Positions 55,523 through 64,000 of a stretch of 64,000 bases of DNA are shown in pieces. Positions within the stretch are counted from its first letter, which is position 1, and each line of letters begins with the position of its first letter. This DNA comes from Nitrospirota bacterium. Lineage in GTDB: Bacteria > Nitrospirota > Thermodesulfovibrionia > Thermodesulfovibrionales > JdFR-88. The stretch covers positions 15,256 to 79,255 of the forward strand of contig JACWAF010000026.1 in assembly GCA_014874185.1 (NCBI GenBank), written 5' to 3'. The position numbers and the translations under genes are program-made. The notes under the pieces were generated by a model. It did no database searches. It saw only the letters and a list, made by a program, of their open reading frames with translations, and was not told the DNA's origin.

Positions 55523-55778
55523 GGTTCAGGTTTGCAACCATATCTGTCCAAAATAATTAAAAACGCCTTCTTTTAAGAGAAATAACTTATTGAAATAGCA
55601 GCTTTTTGGACAGACTCGGCTTCCAATTCTGAAATCAGGCCCTCCTAATGCTGTCCAAAACAGCTGAGGTCTCGTCATTCCCGCGAAAGCGGGAATGACA
55701 AACTATTTTCGCTTTTTCTCTTAATTGAAATGCTGTTCAAAAAAGTTATTTTGGACAGATATGGTTGCAAACCTGAAC
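55523..55778. mobile_element. 256-bp MITE-like non-autonomous element with perfect 34-bp terminal inverted repeats
   Basis: GGTTCAGGTTTGCAACCATATCTGTCCAAAATAA at 55523-55556 equals the reverse complement of 55745-55778. The motif TGTCCAAAA occurs four times (two per orientation). An F1 hairpin is nested at 55674-55699. There is no ORF. Confidence 0.75.
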
Positions 55779-55784
55779 CAGCAA

Positions 55785-55864
55785 GATTCCCCCTCTTAAG
55801 ATAAGAGGGGATGAGGGGGAGTTATGACCCCTCTAACCTCCCCTTTCAAAAAGGGGAGGGATTT
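55785..55864. repeat. two F3 hairpin repeats
   Basis: 55785-55822 is CCCCCTCTTAAGATAAGAGGGGATGAGGGGGAG. 55825-55864 is CCCCTCTAACCTCCCCTTTCAAAAAGGGGAGGG. Confidence 0.8.
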
Positions 55865-55983
55865 TAAAAGGGCATGGAGCAAAAACTCGTCTTTCTCGGG
55901 GGCGGCGGGATTGGATTAAATACTTGACCTGCCGGGTAAAGAATAAACTTGACAAAATTACTAGAGTATTATAAAAAATAGAT

Positions 55984-56418
55984 ATGCTTAAGCTCTCTAC
56001 AAAAGGGCAGTACGGGGTGCGGGCGATGTTCGAGGTGGCTAAGGGCTACCCCGATGTCCCCATCACCATAAAGGAGATTTCCAAGAGGCAGGACGTCTCC
56101 GTGGCTTACCTGGAGCAGATACTGAACAAGCTCAGGAAGGGCGGCCTGATAGTAAGCGTAAAAGGCCCGGGCGGGGGGTATATCCTCAGCCGCGGCCCGG
56201 AGGCGATAAGCATAGGCGAGATACTGCTGGAGCTGGAGGGGCCGGTGGCAATAACAGCCTGCCAGGACCCGGCAAGCGGCTGCGTGCGGGTGGACGGCTG
56301 TGTTACCGCCCTTTTATGGAAGGCGCTTGGGGAGAAGATAGAGGGCTTTTTGCGCACTATCACACTGAATGACCTCCTTAACGGGAGCTTGAGGGAGATA
56401 ACGAAGGTAGGGGCGTGA
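55984..56418 (+). CDS. iscR: Rrf2-family transcriptional regulator (IscR-like)
   Basis: Contains 'MLKLSTKGQYGVRAMFEVA' and wHTH 'ISKRQDVSVAYLEQILNKLRKGGLI'. Three clustered Cys are in 'CQDPASGCVRVDGC'. It lies upstream of nifS/nifU. Confidence 0.75.
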   Translation: MLKLSTKGQYGVRAMFEVAKGYPDVPITIKEISKRQDVSVAYLEQILNKLRKGGLIVSVKGPGGGYILSRGPEAISIGEILLELEGPVAITACQDPASGCVRVDGCVTALLWKALGEKIEGFLRTITLNDLLNGSLREITKVGA

Positions 56419-56672
56419 GCATCCGGTTTGTGGAGGGCGTGAAGGCCGACCTTACGGCCGATATCGTTTACATGATGTGCCCTATGCATCTTCTGAAGCT
56501 GCAGGAGATGATGAGGCAGGTAGAGCCGGGGCAGATACTGGAAGTGCTCACCGACTATGACGGCGCCCTTGAGGACATCCCGGAGTGGTGTGCCAAGACG
56601 GGCAACGAGTTCATAGGGATCGAGGAGGCCGAGGATTTTTACAAGTTTTACATAAGAAAAAAGGAGATGTAA
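56415..56672 (+). CDS. TusA/SirA-family sulfur-carrier-like protein
   Basis: 'MCPMHLLKLQEMMRQVEPGQILEVLTDYDGALEDIPEWCAKTGNEFIG' follows the TusA CPxP-helix pattern (here CPMH). The GTG start overlaps the iscR stop. Confidence 0.65.
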   Translation: MSIRFVEGVKADLTADIVYMMCPMHLLKLQEMMRQVEPGQILEVLTDYDGALEDIPEWCAKTGNEFIGIEEAEDFYKFYIRKKEM

Positions 56673-56676
56673 GAAG

Positions 56677-57873
56677 ATGCGCTATTTCGATCATATGGCT
56701 ACCTGCCCGGTAAAAAAAGAGGTCCTCGATGCCATGCTGCCCTACTTCAGCGAGGACTTCGGCAACCCGATGAGTCTCTATCCCCTTGGGCAGAAGTCGA
56801 AAGACGCCCTGGAGGAGGCCCGCGCACAGGTGGCGGCCCTTGTGGGGGCAAAACCGCAGGAGATAATCTTTACGGCAAGCGGGGCGGAGTCCAACAACAC
56901 GGCCCTGCGCGGCCTGGCCTACGCCAACCGCCAGAAGGGCACCCATATAATAGTCTCCAAGGTGGAGCATCACTCCATCCTGAACCCGGCCCGGATACTG
57001 GAGAAGGAAGGGTTCGCCGTGACCTATTTGCCGGTAGATAAATATGGGCTCGTCGACCCGGGTTTCCTTGAAAAGGCCATAACCAAAGAGACAACCCTCA
57101 TTTCGGTCATTCACGCCAGCCCGGAGGTGGGCACGATAGAGCCCATAAAAGAGCTTGCGGCGATTGCTAAAAAGCATGGCGTCCTCTTCCATACCGACGC
57201 GGTGGCCTCAGCGGGGAATATCCCGGTGAACGTGGAAGGGCTTGGGGTGAACTCGCTGTCCCTTTCGGCCCACGAGTTCTACGGCCCCAAGGGGGCCGCG
57301 GCCCTTTACCTTAAAAGCGGCACCCGGATAGTGCCCCTCATCTATGGCGGCATCCAGGAGTCCGGAAGAAGGGCCGGCACGGAGAACATTCCCGCCATTG
57401 TGGGCATGGGCAAGGCGGCCGAGCTTGCCGCCGCGGCCATGGCCGGCAATATGGAGAGGCTCGCGGCATTCCGGGACAAGCTTGTAAAAGGGGCAACCGA
57501 AAAGATAACCAGCATTTATCTTACCGGGCATCCGGAGCGGAGGCTCCCGGGGCACGCCAGCTTCTGCGTGGAGTTCATAGAGGGCGAGGCCCAGCTCCTG
57601 ATGCTGGCCGCAAAGGGCATCTACGCGGCAAGCGGCTCGGCCTGTTCCTCGAAGGCCCTGAAGGCCTCGCCGGTCCTCCTGTCCATGGGCGTCTCCAGCG
57701 AGCTTGCCCAGGGCTCCGTTGTCTTCAGCATGGGAGAGGAGAACACGGAAGAAGACGTGGATTATCTGCTTGATGAATTTCCTAAATTAGTAAACAGATT
57801 AAGAGAGATCTCGCCCTATGCCAAAGGCTGGAGCGGGGTAAAGGAGAAAGGCGCATGTATTCCGAAAAACTGA
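56677..57873 (+). CDS. nifS: cysteine desulfurase (NifS/IscS type)
   Basis: Contains 'FTASGAESNN', 'HTDAVAS', 'LSAHEFYGPKG' and the catalytic loop 'ASGSACSS'. Confidence 0.9.
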   Translation: MRYFDHMATCPVKKEVLDAMLPYFSEDFGNPMSLYPLGQKSKDALEEARAQVAALVGAKPQEIIFTASGAESNNTALRGLAYANRQKGTHIIVSKVEHHSILNPARILEKEGFAVTYLPVDKYGLVDPGFLEKAITKETTLISVIHASPEVGTIEPIKELAAIAKKHGVLFHTDAVASAGNIPVNVEGLGVNSLSLSAHEFYGPKGAAALYLKSGTRIVPLIYGGIQESGRRAGTENIPAIVGMGKAAELAAAAMAGNMERLAAFRDKLVKGATEKITSIYLTGHPERRLPGHASFCVEFIEGEAQLLMLAAKGIYAASGSACSSKALKASPVLLSMGVSSELAQGSVVFSMGEENTEEDVDYLLDEFPKLVNRLREISPYAKGWSGVKEKGACIPKN

Positions 57874-58229
57874 TGGACCATTTCACAAACCCAAGAAATG
57901 TGGGCGTTATACCCGATGCGGATGGCGTGGGCGAGGAGGGCAACCCCACCTGCGGTGACGTTATGAAGCTGACTATCAAGGTGGAAGACGGAAAGATCGC
58001 CGATGTCAAATTCCAGACGTTCGGCTGTGGGGCGGCCATAGCCGTCTCCAGCATGGTAACGGAGATGGCTAAAGGGAAGACCATCGAGGAGGCCCTTAAA
58101 ATAACCAAGGAGTCAGTGGCCAGCGAGCTTGGCGGGCTCCCCCCCCAGAAGATGCACTGCTCAAACCTGGGCGCTGAGGCCTTGCACGCGGCGATTGCCG
58201 ATTACCAGAAGAAGCACGCGGCAAAATAG
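57855..58229 (+). CDS. nifU: Fe-S cluster assembly scaffold (IscU/NifU N-terminal type)
   Basis: Contains 'YSEKLMDHFTNPRNVG' and the three scaffold Cys in 'NPTCGDVM', 'FGCGAAIA' and 'MHCSNLG'. Confidence 0.9.
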   Translation: MYSEKLMDHFTNPRNVGVIPDADGVGEEGNPTCGDVMKLTIKVEDGKIADVKFQTFGCGAAIAVSSMVTEMAKGKTIEEALKITKESVASELGGLPPQKMHCSNLGAEALHAAIADYQKKHAAK

Positions 58230-58489
58230 ATTCTTGTAAACGGGGCTTAAGCCTTTTCTTTTAAGGTAAAAGCCCCGGTTCCGTTTTCAGGGGCGCAGCC
58301 CCGAGTTGCAGGGCGGGGCCAAGGGAGCTTTAGCTCCCGTTTAAAAATTGCCGCCCGATTCGAACGGGCCGGTGAAGCCTAAAGGAATCAGGCCCGTAAG
58401 GCCAAGGACGGATTCAAAAACAACCTAATGGGTTTTATCTTATAAATATATTTGTAAATTGACACCATTTTGCACTCTTTGATAGGATA

Positions 58490-60865
58490 ATGCCTATGTC
58501 GGATAAGGCTTCCATCCTCAAAGAAGCTCAGAAATTCCTGGCTAAAGGGCAGATAGACAAGGCCATTCTGGAATGGGAGAAGCTCCTCCAGATCACCCCT
58601 GACGGCAACACCTTCAACACCATAGGCGACCTCCACCTTAAAAAAAACGATAAAAACCGGGCCATAGACCAGTTCCACAGGGCCGCCGGGATATTCAGGA
58701 AAGAGGGCTTCTCGCTTAAGGCGCTTGCCATCTACAAGAAAATCCTGAATATAAACCCCTCCGATGCCCGTTCGCATTTCGCCCTGGGCGAGCTTAACGA
58801 GGAAAAGAACATAACTACCGACGCGATAAAATATTACCTCGCGGCCAGCGACCTCTTCCTGAAGGCCAACCAGAAGAACGAGGCCGTTGCCACATACCAG
58901 AAGATTCTCGCCCTTGCCCCCAATAATTTGTCTTTGAAACTGAAGATCGCGGAGCTTTTTTCCAAGGAGGGCTTTGTCGACGAGACCGCCCAGGAATACG
59001 TCGACATAGCCAGGGTGTATGAGGAGGGGGGGGACCGCAAGGAGGCATTCAATTACCTGATGAAGGCCCTTGAGATAAAGCCCGCCAACCGGAAGGCCCT
59101 TGTCGCCCTTGCCGCCTATTACGAAAAAGAGGGCGATCCCTGGAAATCCCTGGAATATATAAAGCTGGCGATTGTGCGCACCGGCAAGAGCAACGACCTG
59201 GCCCTGTGGGCGGCAAGGCTTTCGCTGGAGACGGGCCAGCCGGCGGAGGCCAAAGAGTTCGCCGGTTCGGTGGTGCAGGCGGACTCGGCCAATTTCGAGG
59301 CCCACAGGATACTGGCCGAAAGCTGCGTGAAAGAGGGCGACCTGGAGGCGGCCTGGAAGGAGTATGCCCCCGTCCTGGACGAGCTGATATTCCGCGAGAA
59401 GTTTGATGAGGCCATAGAGATACTGCTCATGTTCAAGGAAGTGGAGCCGGTCGAGGCCCGGAGGAAGCTCATATCTTATTACAAGCAGACCAATGAGAAT
59501 TTCTCCGCCCTGCGCGAACTCTTCGAGATAGGGGAGCTTTACGAGGAGACCGGGATGTTCCCCGAGGCCATGGCCTGCTATAAAGAGGCCCTTAACATAA
59601 GCCCGGAGGACGAGGGGATAAAGACAAAAATTGCCGAGCTGGAGCAGAGCCCCTCGGCCGGGGAGGCTGAAGAAAGGGAGGAAAAACCCCTCGATGACGC
59701 CCTCACCGAGGCCGAGATCTTCCTGGGCTATGGCATGTTCGATAAGGCCAGGGACATCCTGGAAGGGCTGAAGCTGAAGGCCCCGGGCAATATCGACCTG
59801 CACCTGAAGCTGAAGGCCCTGTATGTGAGCACCGGCGATGCCGAGCAGGCCGTGACCGAGTGCATAATCCTTTCGGAGCTGTATAAGAGGGCCGGGGACG
59901 AGCAGGCACGGCTTCAGGCAATAAGAGAGGCGTTCAGGATCAACCCCGATGACGCCCGCCTGCCCGAGCGCTTCGGCGCGCCCCCGCCAGAACCTGAGGG
60001 AACAGGGCAGAAGCCGCAGGAGAAGCTGGAGATAAAAGCCGCCGGGACCCCCGGCGTCCTTTTAGACGAATACGATGAAGAGCTGGCCGAGGCCGATTTT
60101 TATGTCAAACAGGGCCTCTACAACGAGGCCGAAAACATATACAGGAGATTTCTGGAGAGCTTTCCCGCGGACGAGGGTCTGAAGGCCAGGCTGGCCCAGC
60201 TAGCCGCGTTGAGGGCGAAGCAGGCCCTGGGCACGGAGCCCATCGGGGCCGTGGCCGAGGAAGAGGATGCCGGGTTCGAGAGCCTCGCCCTGGAGGACGT
60301 GATAGGGGCCGAAGAGGTGAAGGAGCCCGCAATGGAAAGCGAAGTCCTGGAGATATTCGAGGAGTTCAAGAAGGGACTCGAAAAGGAACTGCAGGAGGAG
60401 GACACCGAGACCCATTACAATCTGGGCATAGCCTACAAGGAGATGGGGCTTCTGGATGACGCCATACGCGAATTCCAGACGGCCCGGCGCGACCCGAAGC
60501 TTTTTATCAACTCCGTAACGATGCTCGGTGTATGTTATATTGAAAAAGGCCTCTACCCGCTTGCGGTTGAGGCCCTTCAGAGCGCCCTGATGAAGGTGGA
60601 CAAAAGGGAGGACGCCTATTGGGGGCTAAAGTACGACCTTGCGGACGCATATGAAAGAAACGGTGACCTCCGGAAGGCCTATGAATCTTTCGTGGATATA
60701 TATGGCTGGGATTCCAAATACCGGGATATAGGGGACAAGGTTAACGCGCTGAAAACGTCTATGCAGGCGGTCTCGAAGGACATGCCCCCGGAGCAGCCGG
60801 AGCCCGAAAAAGCCCCGCAACAATCCCCGGAGAAGGTGAAGAAGAGCCGGGTCTCCTATATCTGA
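58490..60865 (+). CDS. large TPR-repeat protein (791 aa) with acidic linkers
   Basis: Many TPR units run the whole length (e.g. 'AIDQFHRAAGIFRKEGFSLKALAIYKKILNINPSD', 'THYNLGIAYKEMGLLDDAIREFQTA'). The stop overlaps the start of the next gene (TGATG). Confidence 0.8.
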   Translation: MPMSDKASILKEAQKFLAKGQIDKAILEWEKLLQITPDGNTFNTIGDLHLKKNDKNRAIDQFHRAAGIFRKEGFSLKALAIYKKILNINPSDARSHFALGELNEEKNITTDAIKYYLAASDLFLKANQKNEAVATYQKILALAPNNLSLKLKIAELFSKEGFVDETAQEYVDIARVYEEGGDRKEAFNYLMKALEIKPANRKALVALAAYYEKEGDPWKSLEYIKLAIVRTGKSNDLALWAARLSLETGQPAEAKEFAGSVVQADSANFEAHRILAESCVKEGDLEAAWKEYAPVLDELIFREKFDEAIEILLMFKEVEPVEARRKLISYYKQTNENFSALRELFEIGELYEETGMFPEAMACYKEALNISPEDEGIKTKIAELEQSPSAGEAEEREEKPLDDALTEAEIFLGYGMFDKARDILEGLKLKAPGNIDLHLKLKALYVSTGDAEQAVTECIILSELYKRAGDEQARLQAIREAFRINPDDARLPERFGAPPPEPEGTGQKPQEKLEIKAAGTPGVLLDEYDEELAEADFYVKQGLYNEAENIYRRFLESFPADEGLKARLAQLAALRAKQALGTEPIGAVAEEEDAGFESLALEDVIGAEEVKEPAMESEVLEIFEEFKKGLEKELQEEDTETHYNLGIAYKEMGLLDDAIREFQTARRDPKLFINSVTMLGVCYIEKGLYPLAVEALQSALMKVDKREDAYWGLKYDLADAYERNGDLRKAYESFVDIYGWDSKYRDIGDKVNALKTSMQAVSKDMPPEQPEPEKAPQQSPEKVKKSRVSYI

Positions 60866-61683
60866 TGGGCTATCTGGAATACTATAAGCTGCGCGAACAC
60901 CCGTTCTCCAACGTGGTGGACAGCCGCTTCTATTTCAACAGCAGGCAGCATTCGGATGCCATCGTCAGGCTCAAGCACGCGATAGACTCCAAGAGGGGCC
61001 TCGCGGTGGTTATCGGCGAGATCGGGGCCGGAAAGACCACGCTGGCAAGGAAGCTCCTCGAGGAGCTTGACGAGAACGTTTACGAGGCGGCCCTGCTGGT
61101 GGTCATCCACTCCTCGGTCAGCTCCGAATGGCTCCTGAAGAAATTCGCCCTCCAGCTGGGCATTGCAGACCCGAAGGACTCCAAGGTGGAACTCCTTGGA
61201 CAGATCTACCACAAGCTCTACGAGATCTACGAGCAGGGCAAGACGGCCGTCGTCCTGATGGACGAGGTGCAGATGCTCAAGTCCAGGGAGATAATGGAGG
61301 AGTTCAGGGGGCTTTTGAACATGGAGCTTCCCGAGGGCAAGATGATAAACCTGATCTTCTTCGGTCTGGGCGACATGGAAGAGGTGCTCTCGCTTGACGA
61401 GCCCCTGAAACAGAGGGTCTCCGTGCGGATCCGGCTTACAGCCCTCAGCGAGGAAGAGACCAGGGATTATATCCGGCACAGGCTGAATGTGGCGAAAGCG
61501 GAAGGCGGGCTGTTTACGCCAGACGCGATGAAAGAGGTTTACAGGTACTCGCAGGGGCTGCCCAGGCTCATTAACACCATCTGCGACAACGCCCTCCTTG
61601 AAGGCTTTCTCTTCAAGACCGGAAACATAGACGGCCAGATCATAAAGGCCGTGGCCATAGACCTGGGGCTTAACGGGTCGTAA
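60865..61683 (+). CDS. ExeA/GspA/MshM-like AAA ATPase
   Basis: Contains 'YYKLREHPFSN', Walker A 'GEIGAGKTTLARKL', Walker B 'VVLMDEVQ' and 'SQGLPRLINTICDNALL', typical of ExeA-like ATPases. Confidence 0.75.
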   Translation: MGYLEYYKLREHPFSNVVDSRFYFNSRQHSDAIVRLKHAIDSKRGLAVVIGEIGAGKTTLARKLLEELDENVYEAALLVVIHSSVSSEWLLKKFALQLGIADPKDSKVELLGQIYHKLYEIYEQGKTAVVLMDEVQMLKSREIMEEFRGLLNMELPEGKMINLIFFGLGDMEEVLSLDEPLKQRVSVRIRLTALSEEETRDYIRHRLNVAKAEGGLFTPDAMKEVYRYSQGLPRLINTICDNALLEGFLFKTGNIDGQIIKAVAIDLGLNGS

Positions 61684-62311
61684 GCTGGAAGTCCCTCGCC
61701 CTGAGGTCAAGTTCCCTGTTCTCGAAAATTATCCTCATAATGCGCGGATAGGGTATCTGCCGGCCGCTGCCGGCGGGCACGGGGTCCGAGTAGGCCACGG
61801 TGGCCTCTCCCACCGGGAGCGCGATCTTTTGCAGAACGGGGGCCAGCGTGGTCTTGTCCAGATATAATTTTCTGTTTTCCGAATCCACCTCTATGGCATC
61901 AGGCAGATACTTTACCGAATAGGGCCCGATCTGTCGCCACCATAAAAGCCCGTCCGTTACGGCGGGCCTGAGGAACGGATATCTGGCATCCATATTCCCG
62001 TCGAACTCGCCCGCCGGAAACCCCATCCTGTACAGCCTTATGCTGAAGACCCCGGGGGCAACCTCTATCGCGGCATCGGCGGAAAGGGTCTCCCCGTTCT
62101 CTTTTTTAAAGACGACCGAGAAACCGCCTTTTAGGGAATTGTACGCTCCCGCCCTCTCCAGAAAAGAGCTTACACTCCCTGTATAAGGGGCTATCTCCGG
62201 CTTAATCTCCCTTGGCGCGCAGGAGGCCATAATCGCGAGCAGCGCCAGAAGGAGCAGTACCCGGAATCCCCGGTTCCCGCCTGCGGGCCTCGATGAGAGA
62301 TTTTGACGCAT
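61670..62311 (-). CDS. putative lipoprotein, unknown function
   Basis: I prefer the ATG at 62311. It has a signal peptide 'VLLLLALLAIMASC' with a lipobox. I recognise no family with confidence. Confidence 0.5.
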   Translation of the reverse strand: MRQNLSSRPAGGNRGFRVLLLLALLAIMASCAPREIKPEIAPYTGSVSSFLERAGAYNSLKGGFSVVFKKENGETLSADAAIEVAPGVFSIRLYRMGFPAGEFDGNMDARYPFLRPAVTDGLLWWRQIGPYSVKYLPDAIEVDSENRKLYLDKTTLAPVLQKIALPVGEATVAYSDPVPAGSGRQIPYPRIMRIIFENRELDLRARDFQLTTR

Positions 62312-62509
62312 TCGGAATTTCCTTTCAGGACAGCAATTCTTTATTATAAGCCCCCAGGGCGGGATTGGTAAATAATGGAGGGGAGCTTCTCCGCCGGCTG
62401 TAACAGCAAAATGATAATGTCCGGGGGAAAGGCACCCTTGACCGAAAAGCTCAGGCCTGCAAGCCCTTCGCTTTCGCCATGGGGAGGTCCAGACCAGCCA
62501 TCGCTTCAC

Positions 62510-62538
62510 TTGCAAATTTCATGAAAAGGGTATATATT
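62510..62538 (+). promoter_or_regulatory. sigma-70-type promoter for vapBC (TTGCAA-17 nt-TATATT)
   Basis: The hexamers have canonical spacing and lie 26 nt upstream of the vapB ATG. Confidence 0.4.
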
Positions 62539-62563
62539 TTTAGTATATATGTTGGAGGTTGGT

Positions 62564-62791
62564 ATGAAAACAGCTAAAATTTTCCAGAATGGCCAGAGTC
62601 AGGCAGTTCGTTTACCGAAAGAATTCAGGTTTAAGGAGAGCCAGGTATTCATAAAAAAGATAGGGAGTGCCGTCATCCTTTTGCCCAAGACAAACTCATG
62701 GGATTCTCTCGTTGACAGTTTGAAAAGGTTTTCAAACGATTTTATGGCCAAAAGAGTGCAGCCCAAACTGGAAAAACGCGAGGATTTCTGA
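62564..62791 (+). CDS. vapB: VapB-type antitoxin (AbrB/SpoVT domain)
   Basis: Contains 'KIFQNGQSQAVRLPKEFRF'. The ATG at 62564 has a GGAGG SD. Confidence 0.85.
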   Translation: MKTAKIFQNGQSQAVRLPKEFRFKESQVFIKKIGSAVILLPKTNSWDSLVDSLKRFSNDFMAKRVQPKLEKREDF

Positions 62792-62794
62792 TCC

Positions 62795-63196
62795 TTGAAA
62801 TTCATGCTGGATACAAACATATGTATTTACCTTATAAAGAAAAAACCTCCCGAGGTGCTGAACCACTTGACAGCTTGCCCGGTTGGTGATGTGGGGATTT
62901 CATCCATAACTCTTGCTGAACTGGAATATGGCGTTTCGGACAGTAAAAATATCGACAAAAATCAACAGGCCCTGAGCGAGTTCATGTTGCCTTTGGAAGT
63001 CGCTCCATTTGACAACCATGCAGCAGAAATTTATGGGCGAGTACGCGCTGACCTTGAAAGAAAAGGCCAGGTGATTGGCGCAATGGACATGCTGATAGGA
63101 TCTCACGCTCTTAGTCTTGGGGTTACTCTTGTTACTAATAATTTAAAAGAGTTCAGGCGCATTGAGGGTCTTAAAAACGTTAATTGGGCCAGATAA
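62795..63196 (+). CDS. vapC: VapC-type PIN-domain ribonuclease toxin
   Basis: 'MLDTNICIYLIK' carries the first PIN Asp. 'ITLAELEYG' and 'LVTNNLKEFRRIEGL' are also present. The start is the TTG at 62795 or the ATG at 62804. Confidence 0.85.
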   Translation: MKFMLDTNICIYLIKKKPPEVLNHLTACPVGDVGISSITLAELEYGVSDSKNIDKNQQALSEFMLPLEVAPFDNHAAEIYGRVRADLERKGQVIGAMDMLIGSHALSLGVTLVTNNLKEFRRIEGLKNVNWAR

Positions 63197-63457
63197 GATT
63201 GCGCTTTCTTACTTGCATGGCTGCACTTATTGCTCCAGGTGTAACTACTGTTATACAGGGTGCAGCAGATTCTTATGGATTTTTCCAAACCGCAAGAGCG
63301 TGGCAGTATGCTGCAAATAAAGGACTTACCGTACCTTTAAGGTCTTCAATTGTCAGAAGCCTATTGAAAGCAGGTAGCGAGGTGCCTAGTACTGTCCAAT
63401 TGATTGTGGTAGTTGCTACGGAAATAAAATGTTTGAAACAAGAAGTGGGCTGCATGA

Positions 63458-63886
63458 ATGGGCAATAAAAAAAGCCGAATCAGAGATAGATTACTTTTAA
63501 TTTTTGTGGCAATTATAATTTTTGCCATTCTTTTTGGATTTTCTTTAACTACTTCATTTTCTGAGGCTTGGACAATGTTTATAATAATTAATTTTTTAAA
63601 TATAATTCTTTTATCTTCCGTGATATTTCCTTTGCTGAAAGTAATTAAAAACAGACTCCCGGGTATAATTTTATTTTTTGCCCTCTATTTATTCTTTCTC
63701 CTAATAGCTTTTTTGGTTTTTTATTTTCATTTTTTAGAATTGCCAGAAAAAGGTATTTTGTTCAGCTATGGAATAGGAGTTGTTATTATCGATTTTTTAA
63801 TAATTGCTCTTTTCTTATTCTTTATAACGAAACTAAAGCTCGCCAATCAGTCTGATATAGATAAGATTCTGGATAAGAGTCGATAA
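63458..63886 (+). CDS. hypothetical integral membrane protein (AT-rich gene)
   Basis: 142 aa with 4 predicted TM helices rich in I/F/L. There is a strong compositional shift from the flanking DNA. I recognise no family. Confidence 0.45.
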   Translation: MGNKKSRIRDRLLLIFVAIIIFAILFGFSLTTSFSEAWTMFIIINFLNIILLSSVIFPLLKVIKNRLPGIILFFALYLFFLLIAFLVFYFHFLELPEKGILFSYGIGVVIIDFLIIALFLFFITKLKLANQSDIDKILDKSR

Positions 63887-63897
63887 GGGGGGGAATT

Positions 63898-64000
63898 ATG
63901 CTGAAAAAATCCTTTGGGCTATTTGTTCTAATTTTGCTTTTAGTATCACAAACAGCTTATGCCCAGAATGATTGCTCAGACGATACGCCCCCTCCTATTT
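63898..64000 (+). CDS. hypothetical secreted protein, N-terminal fragment (continues beyond the window)
   Basis: The ATG at 63898 follows an AAGGGGGGG SD. The signal peptide is 'MLKKSFGLFVLILLLVSQTAYA'. Confidence 0.4.
   Translation, partial: MLKKSFGLFVLILLLVSQTAYAQNDCSDDTPPPI

Noticed and set aside
58459-58491. Promoter TTGACA...GATAAT in front of the 791-aa TPR gene as a third leaderless case
   Set aside because: The spacing from TTGACA to GATAAT is 21 nt, which is too long. The 17-nt-spaced hexamer is ATAGGA, which is poor. GATAAT also overlaps the first ATG.
63184-63468. 94-aa ORF 'MGQIRLRFLTCMAALIAPG...' after vapC
   Set aside because: It has no SD and no recognisable domain, and it overlaps the vapC stop. 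Competing ORFs of similar length lie on the opposite strand (63103-63288, 63273-63455). I left it unannotated as intergenic.

Overview
This is a 64-kb window of a GC-rich bacterial chromosome. GC looks like roughly 55-60% by eye, not computed. The cell envelope is Gram-negative-type (lipobox lipoproteins, LolA-like protein, Slp, PilD, SLT) and the organism is probably an anaerobe. I saw no rRNA, CRISPR array, transposase or integrase. Layout: (i) 1-8.2 kb is a visibly AT-richer surface-glycan island (end of rfbD, three GT2, WbsX-type, GT9-type, FkbM methyltransferase, Wzx-type flippase) that abuts tRNA-Leu(CAA). (ii) 8.3-12.5 kb holds mnmE, an OYE flavoreductase, rsmA and a DUF4258/DUF2283 pair. 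(iii) 12.6-27.8 kb is the most interesting part. Two sigma-54 enhancer-binding-protein genes flank an untracked 54-aa lipoprotein gene that has its own sigma-54 promoter. The second regulator gene is followed, almost without gaps, by three modules: a hyf-ordered six-gene membrane complex whose catalytic subunit lacks all four [NiFe] cysteines (Ehr-type), a translationally coupled cassette of KamA-family aminomutase, two ATP-grasp ligases and a GNAT, and an Slp lipoprotein. (iv) 27.9-37.1 kb holds TPR-OppD-OppF, tlpA-like, speH, pgk-gap, DUF1015 and a GT4 glycogen-synthase-like gene. (v) 37.4-64 kb holds a rimP-nusA-recG-x-pilD-histidine-kinase string, then csp, SLT, nadA, a TrmH-family gene, M42 peptidase, a Mur ligase, a pseudo-receiver, tig-clpP-clpX, iscR-tusA-nifS-nifU, TPR plus an ExeA-like ATPase, vapBC and an AT-rich tail. 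Most of the larger intergenic spacers are packed with several families of short palindromic repeats. These include a 256-bp MITE-like element, an inverted-repeat-bounded composite carrying a duplicated piece of oppF, and one repeat copy inserted in frame in the Mur ligase gene. All calls come from reading the translations and DNA by eye; no searches were run.
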